DNA of 62,744 bases, counting the filler. It is 5 parts of 5 records of this genome, joined end to end, with 100 filler letters (N's around TTAATTAATTAA, not from the genome) between each part and the next. Parts side by side here need not be neighbours in the genome. Positions count along the whole stretch, not along the records: positions 1 to 20,323 come from SRR20825006_1945; 4 more parts are not named here. One strand, written 5' to 3'. Each line of letters begins with the position of its first letter. Position 1 is the stretch's first letter. Of the stretch, positions 1-10,048 are shown in pieces. A program made the position numbers and the translations under genes. A model generated the notes under the pieces. The model did no database searches. It was not told the DNA's origin and was given only the letters and a program-made list of their open reading frames with translations.

Positions 1-157
1 GAGTTGAAAGTGTAAAGTTCAAAGTTGAAACGCGAAGATGGCTCCGCACTAACCGGATAATATTTTTCTCCGCGCTTTACCCTAAGAGTGAACGCGGGCA
101 CCGCCTTCGCAAATAAGAGCCACCGCCCCGCGCTTTTAAACTTTGAACTTTCAACTC
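1..157. repeat. Inverted-repeat element built from degenerate heptamers
   Basis: Left arm GTTGAAA-GTGTAAA-GTTCAAA-GTTGAAA-CGCG (3-34). Right arm CGCG..TTTAAAC-TTTGAAC-TTTCAAC-TC (129-157). Inner pair TGGCTC (39-44)/GAGCCA (117-122). The contig starts inside it. Confidence 0.75.
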
Positions 158-162
158 TTCAT

Positions 163-906
163 TCACCCCGGCCAGGCCAAAATCAGCCCGGTGCACCAAA
201 GCACCATAAACACGGCCTGACGAAAACGCTCTTCATTCACCCGGTGATGCAGCCACTCACCCAGCAGTATCGCCGCGATAACCACCGGCACCAGCAAGCC
301 GATGCGCGGTGCCGCCGGCAACAAGGTGCCATCCAGCAGGAACACCAGCGTCAGCAAGCTGTTCAGCGACAGCCAGACCAGAATCAGGGTGGCACGAAAC
401 GCTTTTTTTTCCAGCGACAGGCCACTCAAGGCATACACCAGCAACGGCCCACCGGAGGCAAACAGGCCATGGGTGATCCCTGCCAGAAACATCCAGCAGC
501 GCGACCACCAAGCTCCATGGGGCGCTACCTTGATGCCCTTCCACATACGCCACAGCTCACGGCTACTGAACCACACCACCAGCAGCCCGAACCCGTTTTT
601 CAGCAGCTGATCGCCCATCCACGGACGCAAGCCATAACCGGTCAGCGTCCCCAGCACCATCAATGGCAGGATGAGCCGCCACAGCGTCGGCCAATGAATA
701 TGCTGGCGGTGACGCCAGCTCAAGGTGGCACTCATGACAATATTCAGCGGCACCAATACCGGCAGAATTTCCGGAATCGGTAACAGCAAGGCGCCCAGGG
801 AAAGAGCGATCACGATACTGCCAAAGCCGGTCATGGCTTCGGTGGTAAAGGCAAAAAATATGAACAGCGCCAGCAACAGCCAGGGCAAGGTCATCAGGTC
901 CGTCAC
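163..906 (-). CDS. Sulfite exporter TauE/SafE (TSUP) family membrane protein
   Basis: 247 aa, about 8 hydrophobic segments, AMTGFG and GLFASGGP motifs typical of TSUP repeats. Confidence 0.8.
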   Translation of the reverse strand: MTDLMTLPWLLLALFIFFAFTTEAMTGFGSIVIALSLGALLLPIPEILPVLVPLNIVMSATLSWRHRQHIHWPTLWRLILPLMVLGTLTGYGLRPWMGDQLLKNGFGLLVVWFSSRELWRMWKGIKVAPHGAWWSRCWMFLAGITHGLFASGGPLLVYALSGLSLEKKAFRATLILVWLSLNSLLTLVFLLDGTLLPAAPRIGLLVPVVIAAILLGEWLHHRVNEERFRQAVFMVLWCTGLILAWPG

Positions 907-914
907 GGGGGCTC

Positions 915-1709
915 CTACTGGTTCAGTTCGCTGGCAAATTTACGCTGCATCATGCGTTGATACAGATCCGGCAACAGTCGCCAGAGCAAGCTGGCAAACC
1001 AGGTGAAGCGATCCGGGAATAAACGTTTCTTTTTCTTTGCGTAGGCTTCGAACACCAATTCAGCCATCCATTCCGGGCTGCGCATATCGCCCACCATGGA
1101 GCGTTTATGACTGGCCGGGCGGCCATCATGCCCCAGGGCGTTAGTTTCAATGGGGGTATCCAGAAAACTGGGGTACGCCATCAGAATATGCACGCCATCG
1201 CGGGCCACTTCGCCCCGCAATACTTCAAAAAACTGGCTCAAGGCACTTTTCGCACTGCAGTAACCGGCGCGCCCAAGCACCGGCATCCAGCCCGCCATGG
1301 AACCAATATTGATAATCCCGCCACGGCTTTTTTTCAACAGCGGCAAAAAACCAACCGCCAGCTCCACTGGCGCTTGCCAGTCCACGGCCATGACTTTGCG
1401 AAAGACGGCCATGCGGGTTTTTTCCGCCAATGAGCGGTGCGTAATGCCAGCGTTATTGATCAGAACATCCAGCGATAGCTCGTTATCCCGCACCCAATGC
1501 ACCAGTGCCTGCACGGCGTCGCCATCCGTAACATCCAGATCCCGGAAGGTGACACGGGCAGGATCTTCGCCAGCCAACGTATCCGCGCGCGATGCCAGCA
1601 ACGCAGCATTCATGTCGACCAGTATCACCCTGTGCCCCAGCGCAAACGCCTGTCGAGACAAGGCCCACCCCAGCCCAGAAGCCGCGCCAGTAATCAATAC
1701 GGTTTTCAT
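915..1709 (-). CDS. Classical short-chain dehydrogenase/reductase
   Basis: TGAASGLG, NNAG and YCSAK (YxxxK) motifs. ATG at 1709 overlaps the upstream stop (ATGA). Confidence 0.9.
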   Translation of the reverse strand: MKTVLITGAASGLGWALSRQAFALGHRVILVDMNAALLASRADTLAGEDPARVTFRDLDVTDGDAVQALVHWVRDNELSLDVLINNAGITHRSLAEKTRMAVFRKVMAVDWQAPVELAVGFLPLLKKSRGGIINIGSMAGWMPVLGRAGYCSAKSALSQFFEVLRGEVARDGVHILMAYPSFLDTPIETNALGHDGRPASHKRSMVGDMRSPEWMAELVFEAYAKKKKRLFPDRFTWFASLLWRLLPDLYQRMMQRKFASELNQ

Positions 1710-2644
1710 AACTGCCCTCGCTGCCGCGCGGCGGCCATGAAAAAGCGGAAGACCTGCTCGGAGGTCTTGCGGGGAATATAGCCGAATTCCTCTTTCAGCC
1801 GGCGGTTGCTGAGTACCGGACGGTAGCGCAGGAAGTTTACTTGCGCCGGCACATACTGAGTCAGCCGCAATCGATTCCCGATCCATAACCCACTGCGAAT
1901 CAGCCAGGCCGGCACATGAATCACCGGCTTACCCAGCAAATCGCCCAGCGCATCAATGGACAGGGCACCGTCACCGGCCAGGTTGAAGCAACCGCTGCGA
2001 TCCTGGTTGACCCCCTGCTCGATGATACCCACCACATCCTGATCCCAGATAAAGACAAAGGGAGAAGGCGAGCCAGCCACGGCCAACAGTCGATCGCCCT
2101 CGAACAGACGGGTAATCAGGTTACGCGTTTCCGCACCCAGCACCGTGCCGGGGCGTAACACCAGCTGCTTAAGGGCTGGATATTTTGTCCGGTAATCGGC
2201 CAGCAATTCTTCTACTTGACGCTTGTGGTCCGAATAGGGAAATTCCGGGTTGCCCCGCAACGCATCCTGTTCATCCAGCCAGGCCGGATTGTCGGCGTAG
2301 TAGCCATAGGCGGCACCTGAGCTGGTCACCACCAGCTGTTCGACACCGCTGGCCACACAGGCATCCAGTACATTGCGCGTGCCATTCACATCGATATCGA
2401 AATCACGCGCACGGTCACCGGAATCCTCCAGCACCGCAGCTAGATGCACCACCTGATGAATACCGTGCTCTTTCATCATTTGGCCAATCTTCGGATCACG
2501 AATATCCATTTGGTAAAACGGAAAATCCGCACTGTCGTCCTTGCGGATATCCATGCCCACCACGTAATGATGCTGCTGCAGCTGCCGGGCCAGCTGGCTG
2601 CCAATATAGCCAGCGGCGCCGGTGATCAGAATGCGTCGCGACAT
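1706..2644 (-). CDS. Extended SDR / NAD-dependent epimerase-dehydratase family
   Basis: TGAAGYIG, HLAA, TSSGAAYG and YSDHK motifs. Confidence 0.88.
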   Translation of the reverse strand: MSRRILITGAAGYIGSQLARQLQQHHYVVGMDIRKDDSADFPFYQMDIRDPKIGQMMKEHGIHQVVHLAAVLEDSGDRARDFDIDVNGTRNVLDACVASGVEQLVVTSSGAAYGYYADNPAWLDEQDALRGNPEFPYSDHKRQVEELLADYRTKYPALKQLVLRPGTVLGAETRNLITRLFEGDRLLAVAGSPSPFVFIWDQDVVGIIEQGVNQDRSGCFNLAGDGALSIDALGDLLGKPVIHVPAWLIRSGLWIGNRLRLTQYVPAQVNFLRYRPVLSNRRLKEEFGYIPRKTSEQVFRFFMAAARQRGQL

Positions 2645-3531
2645 GCATCCTCCTGCGCCGGGGTCCGTGACCACCACCAGGCCAATAACAAGCCGCTGAT
2701 CAGATGCCAAACGCCCCAGAATGCAGCGATCAAAATCATTTCACTGGCGTCCGGAAAAAAGGTAAACAGGATGGCCAACCCGAGGCCCGAATTCTGAATC
2801 CCTACCTCCATGGTGATGGCACGCCGATCTCCCCGGGGGAGCCCGGTAATCATGCCGGCCATGGCCCCCAACCCCAGCGCCAGAAAGTTCTGCAGCACCA
2901 CCAGCCCGACAATACGGTTCGCCGTGGCCAGGAACACATCCATGTTATTGCCAAACGCAATGCCCACGAACAGCAACAACACCAGCAAGGTGACATAGCG
3001 CATGGGCTTCTGAGCTTTTTCCGCAAACACCGGAAACGCCTTGCCCACCAACATACCCACCAACAACGGCAGCCCCAACACTAACGCCACCAGAATCAGG
3101 ATATTCATGCTGTCCATCTGGATGTCGGTGAGGATGGGACGGGTAATCGGGTTCAGCCAGCCATAAAGGGAAAAATTGAACGGCGTCATGACAATCGCCA
3201 CCACGCTGGACACCGCCGTCATGCTGACCGACACCGCCACGTTCGCCCGCCCCAGCCAGGTCATGATGTTGGAGAACGAACCGCCGGGACACGACGCCAC
3301 CAGTATCATGCCCAGCGCCAGTTCCGGATCGACTTCGAAATACCAGGTGGTGACACAGGTGGCCGCCGGCAACAGCACAAACTGGGCAAGCAATCCGACG
3401 ATGGGGGCATCCGGGCGTTTCAGCACACGTCGAAAATCATCACCGGTGAGCGACAGGGACACACCGAACATCATGAACGCCAGGATGACGTTCAGGATCA
3501 GCAGATTCTCACTTCCGAAATGTATTTCCAT
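2626..3531 (-). CDS. Bile acid:sodium symporter (BASS/SBF) family transporter
   Basis: LLAQFVLLP, CPGGSFSN and EVGIQNSGLG motifs; multi-TM protein. Confidence 0.9.
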   Translation of the reverse strand: MEIHFGSENLLILNVILAFMMFGVSLSLTGDDFRRVLKRPDAPIVGLLAQFVLLPAATCVTTWYFEVDPELALGMILVASCPGGSFSNIMTWLGRANVAVSVSMTAVSSVVAIVMTPFNFSLYGWLNPITRPILTDIQMDSMNILILVALVLGLPLLVGMLVGKAFPVFAEKAQKPMRYVTLLVLLLFVGIAFGNNMDVFLATANRIVGLVVLQNFLALGLGAMAGMITGLPRGDRRAITMEVGIQNSGLGLAILFTFFPDASEMILIAAFWGVWHLISGLLLAWWWSRTPAQEDACRDAF

Positions 3532-3532
3532 C

Positions 3533-4834
3533 TCACACCTCCGCCTTCAAGTTTTTCAGTTCGGCAATGTGAGTGTTGACCGCCTTGCGGTAGCAGTCCT
3601 TGTTGACGTAATACGCCATGCGCGCCAACTTCAGATAGGCGTAACCACCATCCAGATTTTTTTCCGCTTCCTGACGTACTGTTTCTTCCAGGGCTTTCGC
3701 AGCGGCTGCCCCCTGCTGGCTGGCACGAATATACAAGGCCACCATTTCCGCCTGTTCGTTACGCCCTTCCCACCCCAGACCCGCAGCCTCCACCATGCCC
3801 ATCATGAACAGGTTACGGTGCAGCGGATTGAACACATTCAGGTAAAGTTGTGGGGCGTCACTGTTGTTCCAGTTCAGCTCGGCCGGGTCGATGAAAGGGT
3901 AGTCCAGCTTGTAACCGGTGCCCATAAGGATCAGGTCATACTCCCGTGATTGGCCATCGGCAAAGGTCACGGTCTTGCCTGAAACGGCAGAAATATCCCC
4001 GCGCGGGGCAATGTCGCCGTGGCCAATGTGATGCAGTACCAGCGAGTTGATCACCGGGTGGGACTCATACAGCTTGTAATCCGGGTCCGGCAAACCGTAG
4101 TCGCTGGGCTTGCCGATGATCATGCGGATCAGGCGATCATCCACCTTTTGTTTGAGCGCACGGGGCAACTTGATTTTGCCGCCAATGGAATCGGTGGCCT
4201 TGCCGCCAATAAACTTGGGCAGGAAGTAATACCCCCGGCGCACGGACATATCCACACTGGCGGCCCGGTGCACCGCATCCACGGCAATATCACAGGCCGA
4301 ATTACCACAGCCCACCACCAGCACCCGCTTGCCATCGAAGTGGGACGGATGACGATATTCACAGGAATGCATCAATTCGCCATCAAAGCGGCCCGGCAGG
4401 TCGAGCAGATTCGGCTTATGCAGGGTGCCGTTGGCAATCAATACACCGGCAAAACGACGGCATTGCTCTTCGCCGTTCGCCTCGGTGGTCACCAGCCACT
4501 CATCGCCATCACGCGCCACCTTTACTACTCGGGTGGAGAACTCGTAGTGCTCATAGAGTCCAAAATGCGCAGCGTATTGCTGGAAGTAACGCTTCATTTC
4601 GCGGTGATGGGGGTATGTTGCCACCTCATCGTCCATGGGAAATTCCCGGAACTCGGTCATCGCCTTCGACGAGATCAGGTGGGCCGACTCATACATGGTG
4701 CTATGCGGGTTATCGATATCCCACAGGCCACCCACATCGATATTCAGATCAAAACCGACAAAAGGAATACCGTATTTCTTCAGGTTTCTGGCCGTGGCCA
4801 GACCCATGGGGCCGGCCCCTATCACTGCGTACAT
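3533..4834 (-). CDS. Flavin-containing monooxygenase (class B FMO)
   Basis: GAGPMG FAD motif, GGLW, FDGELMHSCEYR (FxGxxxHxxxY fingerprint), GCGNSACD NADPH motif. Confidence 0.9.
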   Translation of the reverse strand: MYAVIGAGPMGLATARNLKKYGIPFVGFDLNIDVGGLWDIDNPHSTMYESAHLISSKAMTEFREFPMDDEVATYPHHREMKRYFQQYAAHFGLYEHYEFSTRVVKVARDGDEWLVTTEANGEEQCRRFAGVLIANGTLHKPNLLDLPGRFDGELMHSCEYRHPSHFDGKRVLVVGCGNSACDIAVDAVHRAASVDMSVRRGYYFLPKFIGGKATDSIGGKIKLPRALKQKVDDRLIRMIIGKPSDYGLPDPDYKLYESHPVINSLVLHHIGHGDIAPRGDISAVSGKTVTFADGQSREYDLILMGTGYKLDYPFIDPAELNWNNSDAPQLYLNVFNPLHRNLFMMGMVEAAGLGWEGRNEQAEMVALYIRASQQGAAAAKALEETVRQEAEKNLDGGYAYLKLARMAYYVNKDCYRKAVNTHIAELKNLKAEV

Positions 4835-4996
4835 AGCTATCCCGTTTTATTGTGTCTTTTTAATTCGGTCACCGGTGCCCGGCAAGCGAAGCGGAGCACA
4901 GAGTTTGGTATGCTTGCTACTCTAGGGTCGGCCAGCAATAGACACACGGCTATTTCAGGACTTTGTCACGGTTAATTCGGGACCTCACTTACACCC

Positions 4997-5962
4997 ATGT
5001 CGCATACCCCCACCGTCACGGTACGCTTTACCCAGGCCATCAGTCAGGCCGCAGAGCAGTTGGGATTTTCCCTGCCTGCGCCCCTGAAGAACGCCTTTGC
5101 CGAGCAGGAGCGGGTGAGCCTGGAGTTGCAGGGTGAAATCTGGGAAACCTTTTGCCTGCAGGCAGACGATCCGCTGATCGGCATCCAGTTCGGCCAAGCC
5201 ATACAGGTAGGCCATCTGGACACCGTGGGCATGGTGCTGATGAGTTGCGACACCGTGGCCGAAGCGCTGGACTCGCTGATGGATTATTACCCCATCGTGG
5301 GAGAGGGCGGCACGTTCGAATACGCCGTGGCGGGTGATGTATGCGAAATTCGTTACCTGCCGCAGTACACCACCCGCCAGTCCGAACGGGTGGAAGCCGC
5401 GCTGGCGTCGCTGCTGCAGCTCACCCGCTGGTCCACCGGTGAACAGGTCCACGCCGACAGCATTACCTTTGTCCACCCGGCACTGGATACCCCGGCACGC
5501 TATGAGGCGCTACTGGGCGTGCCTGTGACGTTTTCCGCCCCCCATAACGCCCTGCGCATTCCCGCTTCCGCGCTATCGCTGCCACTCATTTATGCCAACC
5601 CGGCCCTGTGCCAGCACTTGCGCACCCTCGCCGACCAGCTGCTGGAGGAACTGGGGAGTCAGTCGTTGAGCGTGAGCGTGCGCGACCTGCTGCGTCAGAA
5701 TCCCCGATGGGGCAAGGAAAAAGTGGCCGAACAACTGGCCATGAGCGGCCGCCACCTGATTCGCAAACTCAGCGAAGAGGGCACCAGCTTCAAGCTGCTG
5801 CGCGATTCACTGCTGCAGGGCATGGCCGAACAGGCATTGAAGGAAGGGCTAAAGCTTTTCGATATCGCCGACAAACTGGGCTTTTCCGATGAAAGCGCCT
5901 TTGCCAAAGCGTTCAAACGCTGGACCGGCATGACGCCGGCCCAGTTTCGAGCACAGGACTAA
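4997..5962 (+). CDS. AraC family regulator (long N-terminal ligand-binding domain), divergent from the FMO operon
   Basis: C-terminal AraC HTH IADKLGFSDESAFAKAFKRWTGMTP. Confidence 0.9.
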   Translation: MSHTPTVTVRFTQAISQAAEQLGFSLPAPLKNAFAEQERVSLELQGEIWETFCLQADDPLIGIQFGQAIQVGHLDTVGMVLMSCDTVAEALDSLMDYYPIVGEGGTFEYAVAGDVCEIRYLPQYTTRQSERVEAALASLLQLTRWSTGEQVHADSITFVHPALDTPARYEALLGVPVTFSAPHNALRIPASALSLPLIYANPALCQHLRTLADQLLEELGSQSLSVSVRDLLRQNPRWGKEKVAEQLAMSGRHLIRKLSEEGTSFKLLRDSLLQGMAEQALKEGLKLFDIADKLGFSDESAFAKAFKRWTGMTPAQFRAQD

Positions 5963-7233
5963 ACCGCCGCCAGCGCCTGTTCAATATCTGCCAGGATATC
6001 GTCCACATGCTCAATACCGATGGACAAACGCACCAGATCCGCACTGACACCGGCCTTGCTCAGCTCTTCATCATTCAGCTGCCGGTGCGTGGTCGTGGCC
6101 GGGTGACACGCCAGCGATTTGGCATCGCCAATGTTAACCAGCCGCTTGATTAGCAGCAACGCATCAATAAAACGCGCTCCCGCCTCACGGCCACCGTCCA
6201 CACCAAAGCTGAGAATGGACGAAGGCACACCGCCATCCATGTATTGCTGTGCCAACGCATAATCCTTGTCGGTTTCCAACCCGGCAAAATTGACCCAACT
6301 TACCTTGGCATGGTCGCGCAGGTACGCAGCCACTTTCATGGCATTCTCGCAATGACGCTCCATGCGCAGGCTCAAAGTTTCAATGCCCTGCATGATCAGG
6401 AACGCATTCATCGGCGACAACGCGGCGCCCATATTCCGCAAGGGAACAACCCGGGCACGACCAATAAACGCCGCTTCGCCCATGGCTTCCACGTACACCA
6501 CCCCATGGTAGCTGGGGTCCGGCTCGTTGAACTGCGGAAAACGCGGGTTACCTTTCCAGGGGAATTTGCCGGAATCCACGATGGCCCCAGCAATGGTCGT
6601 GCCGTGGCCGCCCATGTACTTGGTCAGCGAGTGCACCACAATATCGGCACCGTGTTCGAAGGGACGACACAATGCGGGGGTTGCCACCGTATTATCTACC
6701 ACCAGCGGCACGCCTGCGTCATGGGCAACCTTGGCCAGCGCGGCCATGTCCACCACATTACCCGCCGGGTTACCGATGGATTCGCAGAACACCATTTTTG
6801 TTTTTTCATCAATGGCATCGGCAATCGCCTGGGGATTACGGCCGTCGGCCATACGCACCTCGATACCCTGGTTCGGCAAGGTATGCGCGAACAGGTTATA
6901 GGTACCGCCATAAAGCTGACTGGTGGAAACAATATTGTCCCCGGCCTTCGCCAATGTCTGGATCGTCGCTGTGATCGCCGCCATACCTGACGCCATGGCC
7001 AACGCCCCAATGCCGCCTTCCAGTTGCGCAACACGCTCTTCCAGCACCCCATTGGTCGGGTTCATGATGCGGCTGTAAATATTCCCCGGCACTTTCAGAT
7101 CGAACAGATCCGCCCCATGCTGGGTATCGTCAAAGTAGTAGCTGGTGGTCTGGTACATGGGCACAGCCACCGCATGGGTCTGCGGATCACCGGCAAAACC
7201 GCCATGAATGGCTATGGTTTCTCTTTTCATCAT
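5959..7233 (-). CDS. metY: O-acetylhomoserine aminocarboxypropyltransferase (sulfhydrylase)
   Basis: YSRIMNPT, ASGMAA, HSLTKY PLP lysine, NIGDAKSL and RLSIGIE motifs. Confidence 0.9.
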   Translation of the reverse strand: MMKRETIAIHGGFAGDPQTHAVAVPMYQTTSYYFDDTQHGADLFDLKVPGNIYSRIMNPTNGVLEERVAQLEGGIGALAMASGMAAITATIQTLAKAGDNIVSTSQLYGGTYNLFAHTLPNQGIEVRMADGRNPQAIADAIDEKTKMVFCESIGNPAGNVVDMAALAKVAHDAGVPLVVDNTVATPALCRPFEHGADIVVHSLTKYMGGHGTTIAGAIVDSGKFPWKGNPRFPQFNEPDPSYHGVVYVEAMGEAAFIGRARVVPLRNMGAALSPMNAFLIMQGIETLSLRMERHCENAMKVAAYLRDHAKVSWVNFAGLETDKDYALAQQYMDGGVPSSILSFGVDGGREAGARFIDALLLIKRLVNIGDAKSLACHPATTTHRQLNDEELSKAGVSADLVRLSIGIEHVDDILADIEQALAAV

Positions 7234-7274
7234 TCCCTGCCTCATATCACATTGTCGCCTGGCGACACTCACGC

Positions 7275-7298
7275 AAAAAGGCCGCCAAACGGCGGCCT
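7275..7298 (-). terminator. Rho-independent terminator
   Basis: AGGCCGCC-AAAC-GGCGGCCT hairpin with a U-tract on the minus strand, just past the crotonase stop. Confidence 0.7.
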
Positions 7299-7313
7299 GA
7301 AAAATCGTTCGCT

Positions 7314-8186
7314 CTATTTAATCGGGGGTTCGTTCCAGAAATCAAATTGTTTGGGCACATCCGCCAGTGAGGTCTCAAAACGCGGATCGCGTTTTTCCAG
7401 GAAAGCGGTGAAACCATCCTTGCCGTCCCAGAACTCGTTGGACCAGTAAATCATTTTCGATTCGACCACATGGGCTTCCGCCGGATGGGAGAAATTAGGG
7501 TTGCGCCACAACATCTGCTTGGCCAGCGCCACCGCCACCGGGGAGCTTTTGGCGATCAGTTTGCGGGCGATGCAGCGGGCCACATCCAGCACTTCACCCT
7601 TGTCATGCACACTGTGGAACAGGCCGGCCTTCTCGCCTTCTTCGGCCATGAAAATGTCGCCACTGATCACCCACTCCAGCGCCTTCTGTATACCCACCAC
7701 TCGGGGCAGGAACCAGGAGGAGCAGGCTTCCGGGGTAATACCCCGCTGGGTAAAGACAAAACCAATCTTGCTGTTGGCCGCCACTAACCGAATATCCATG
7801 GGCAGGGTCATGGTAATACCTACACCCACCGCCGCGCCATTGATGGCCGCAATCACCGGTTTGCGACAGTTATAAATCGCCAACGACAATTCACCACCGG
7901 AATCGCGAATGGTGTCCAGCGGCGGGTCCATACCTTCCGCATCGTCATAACCGAACAGGTGCCCACCACCTTCAGGCTGCATTTCCATTCCGGCACAAAA
8001 CACCTTGCCCGCACCGGTCACAATCACTGCGCGGATGTCGTCATTGCTGTCCGCTTCTGCCAGCGCATGCACCACTTCATCTTTCATACGCAGGGTAAAG
8101 GCATTCAGGCGGTCGGGACGGTTAAGGGTGATGGTCAGAATCTGCTCGGCCAGATCGGTTTTAATATCCTGATAATCCATGATCAC
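7314..8186 (-). CDS. Enoyl-CoA hydratase/isomerase (crotonase) family
   Basis: ITLNRPDRLNA, FCAGM, KPVIAAINGAAVGVG and PEA motifs. Start may be the ATG at 8180. Confidence 0.9.
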   Translation of the reverse strand: MIMDYQDIKTDLAEQILTITLNRPDRLNAFTLRMKDEVVHALAEADSNDDIRAVIVTGAGKVFCAGMEMQPEGGGHLFGYDDAEGMDPPLDTIRDSGGELSLAIYNCRKPVIAAINGAAVGVGITMTLPMDIRLVAANSKIGFVFTQRGITPEACSSWFLPRVVGIQKALEWVISGDIFMAEEGEKAGLFHSVHDKGEVLDVARCIARKLIAKSSPVAVALAKQMLWRNPNFSHPAEAHVVESKMIYWSNEFWDGKDGFTAFLEKRDPRFETSLADVPKQFDFWNEPPIK

Positions 8187-8977
8187 TCCACAGGGGTTGT
8201 GCGGCTTTCAGCAGGTATCGACAGAGGCACGACCTGCACCGTTTGACCCCGAGCATACCCCGACGGCAAGGCATCGAACATGGCACGAAGTGTCCGGTTG
8301 AGATGAGGCTGATCGTAAAAGCCGGCCAGCACCGCCAGATCGGTAAAGTTCATCCCGCTCTGCCAGAGCGACAGGGCGCGCTGGCATTTTAGATGCAGCA
8401 GATAACGCTTCAGCGTTACCCCCATCTGTTCCCGGAAAAGGTGGCGAAAGCGGGATTCGGACAGCCCGACCTGCTGCGCCAGGCGAGTCATGGTGGGCGC
8501 CGGCTCCGGCGCATCACGCAGCCAGGCACAGCTGGCGGCAATGCGCGCATCCAGCGGCGGCGGGGACGCCAGCCGCCGCAGTTGCTGCACAAACGTCACC
8601 ACCCCGGTTTCGGGGTGAGCCGTCCGCGATAAATCACGCAAGGTATCGCTGAGCCACTGCTGGTGCGCCGCCGACAACGGCTGCTGCAGGGCCAGGGATC
8701 GCCAGGCCGGCTCGTCCGGGTCGAGATGCAGGATCGCCACCGGGCCATCGCTGTGCAGGCTTTGCTGGCACTCCGGGGGCACCAGGACGGCCCGGGCACA
8801 AAGAACCCGGCCTTCACGGGTGACCCGGATATCCTTTTCCAACCCGACCAGTAACGACGCCGCCACATGCTGGTGGGGCTGGTTGTGCAGCGAGGAAAGC
8901 GCCATCAGCCAACCGCCCCGCCAGAGAAACAGCGGGGTCAGCAGACGGGGATCGGAAGCCGGCGACGATTGGGACAT
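8183..8977 (-). CDS. AraC family regulator
   Basis: LSESRFRHLFREQMG and AGFYDQPHLNR HTH motifs. Start uncertain. Confidence 0.85.
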   Translation of the reverse strand: MSQSSPASDPRLLTPLFLWRGGWLMALSSLHNQPHQHVAASLLVGLEKDIRVTREGRVLCARAVLVPPECQQSLHSDGPVAILHLDPDEPAWRSLALQQPLSAAHQQWLSDTLRDLSRTAHPETGVVTFVQQLRRLASPPPLDARIAASCAWLRDAPEPAPTMTRLAQQVGLSESRFRHLFREQMGVTLKRYLLHLKCQRALSLWQSGMNFTDLAVLAGFYDQPHLNRTLRAMFDALPSGYARGQTVQVVPLSIPAESRTTPVE

Positions 8978-9030
8978 GCCGGAAATAGTGCCCGCCCGGG
9001 GCCGGGCAGGCAACGCTCATTAGCGCCTGA

Positions 9031-9522
9031 TCAATTCACCACACCGGAGCGGCGCAGCCCCAGCTTGTGCGCCAGCTCGATGCTGACGAACATGGGGCCG
9101 ACCAACAGGAACACCAGATCATCCACAAACGACGGCTTCTTGCCCTCTACCTTGTGGCCCCACACCTGTACGGCCCAGGCCAGCAACCACAAGGCCGCCG
9201 CACTCCAGCCCAACGACAGGGTACTGCGATCCACAGCCACCACGGCGGCAAGGGACAGGGCCAGCCAAACGCCCATCAGTACCGTCATGCCCACGGACAT
9301 GCGCAGATAGAATGGCATGCAGATCGCCGCCAGCAAGGTGCCGCCGTTGACCCAGTACGCCAGGCTGCCTTCCAGGCCCAGCCAGTGCCCCAGCGGTATC
9401 AGCCAGAACAGCCCCAGGGTGGACAAAAAAATGGCCGGCACACAGAGGATGTGTACCCATTGATTGACCGGATTGCGGTGGCTATCGCCATAGTCCGCCA
9501 GAAAAGTATTGAGATCACGCAT
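9031..9522 (-). CDS. DUF962 / Mpo1-like membrane protein
   Basis: YGDSHRNPVNQWVH and QVWGHKVEGKKPSF..FLLVGP motifs. Confidence 0.85.
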   Translation of the reverse strand: MRDLNTFLADYGDSHRNPVNQWVHILCVPAIFLSTLGLFWLIPLGHWLGLEGSLAYWVNGGTLLAAICMPFYLRMSVGMTVLMGVWLALSLAAVVAVDRSTLSLGWSAAALWLLAWAVQVWGHKVEGKKPSFVDDLVFLLVGPMFVSIELAHKLGLRRSGVVN

Positions 9523-9640
9523 GGACAGCTCTCCCGAGTTGTTGTTTTGAGCTGTCACAGAGCTTACCGGCAGCCCCTAACCGGGAATTGTACGCAACGG
9601 TCATCGCGCTACTGGCAGGAGAAGCGGGCGCAACCCCCAG

Positions 9641-10048
9641 TCAGTCGCAGCCCCGACGGCTGTCCTTCAGCGCACGCAGCACCTGCTCGCGGGTCAGCAG
9701 CCCCGTCAGTTTCCCTTGGCCATCCACCACCGGGTAAATCTTGGGTTTTTCCGTGACCATTAGCTCCGCCACGTTCACCGCGGAATCATCCTCTTTCACC
9801 GTCAGCGGCTGATCATGCATGAAGTCTTCCACCACCAGCGCCCCTTCACAGTGATAACTGGAAATCAGCAGCTTGCGCAGGCAATCCTGTTCGGAGACAA
9901 ACCCCACCACCTTGTTCTGGCTGTCCACCACCGGCAGCCCGGTGAATTTGTGCTGCAACAGCGCGTCCACCACTTCGGTCAGCTCGGTGCCGGTCTTGAT
10001 TGCCATGGGGTGCTTGGCCATCAAGGCTCGCACAGTCATCTCTTGCAT
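9641..10048 (-). CDS. Stand-alone CBS-domain pair protein
   Basis: Two CBS repeats (GLPVVD..VVGFVSEQD; YPVVD..LTGLLTRE); AGGAG RBS. Confidence 0.88.
   Translation of the reverse strand: MQEMTVRALMAKHPMAIKTGTELTEVVDALLQHKFTGLPVVDSQNKVVGFVSEQDCLRKLLISSYHCEGALVVEDFMHDQPLTVKEDDSAVNVAELMVTEKPKIYPVVDGQGKLTGLLTREQVLRALKDSRRGCD

Noticed and set aside
7234-7275. Possible SAM riboswitch upstream of metY
   Set aside because: Region is very short. Only a TGTCGCC-T-GGCGACA palindrome is seen, with no recognisable aptamer.
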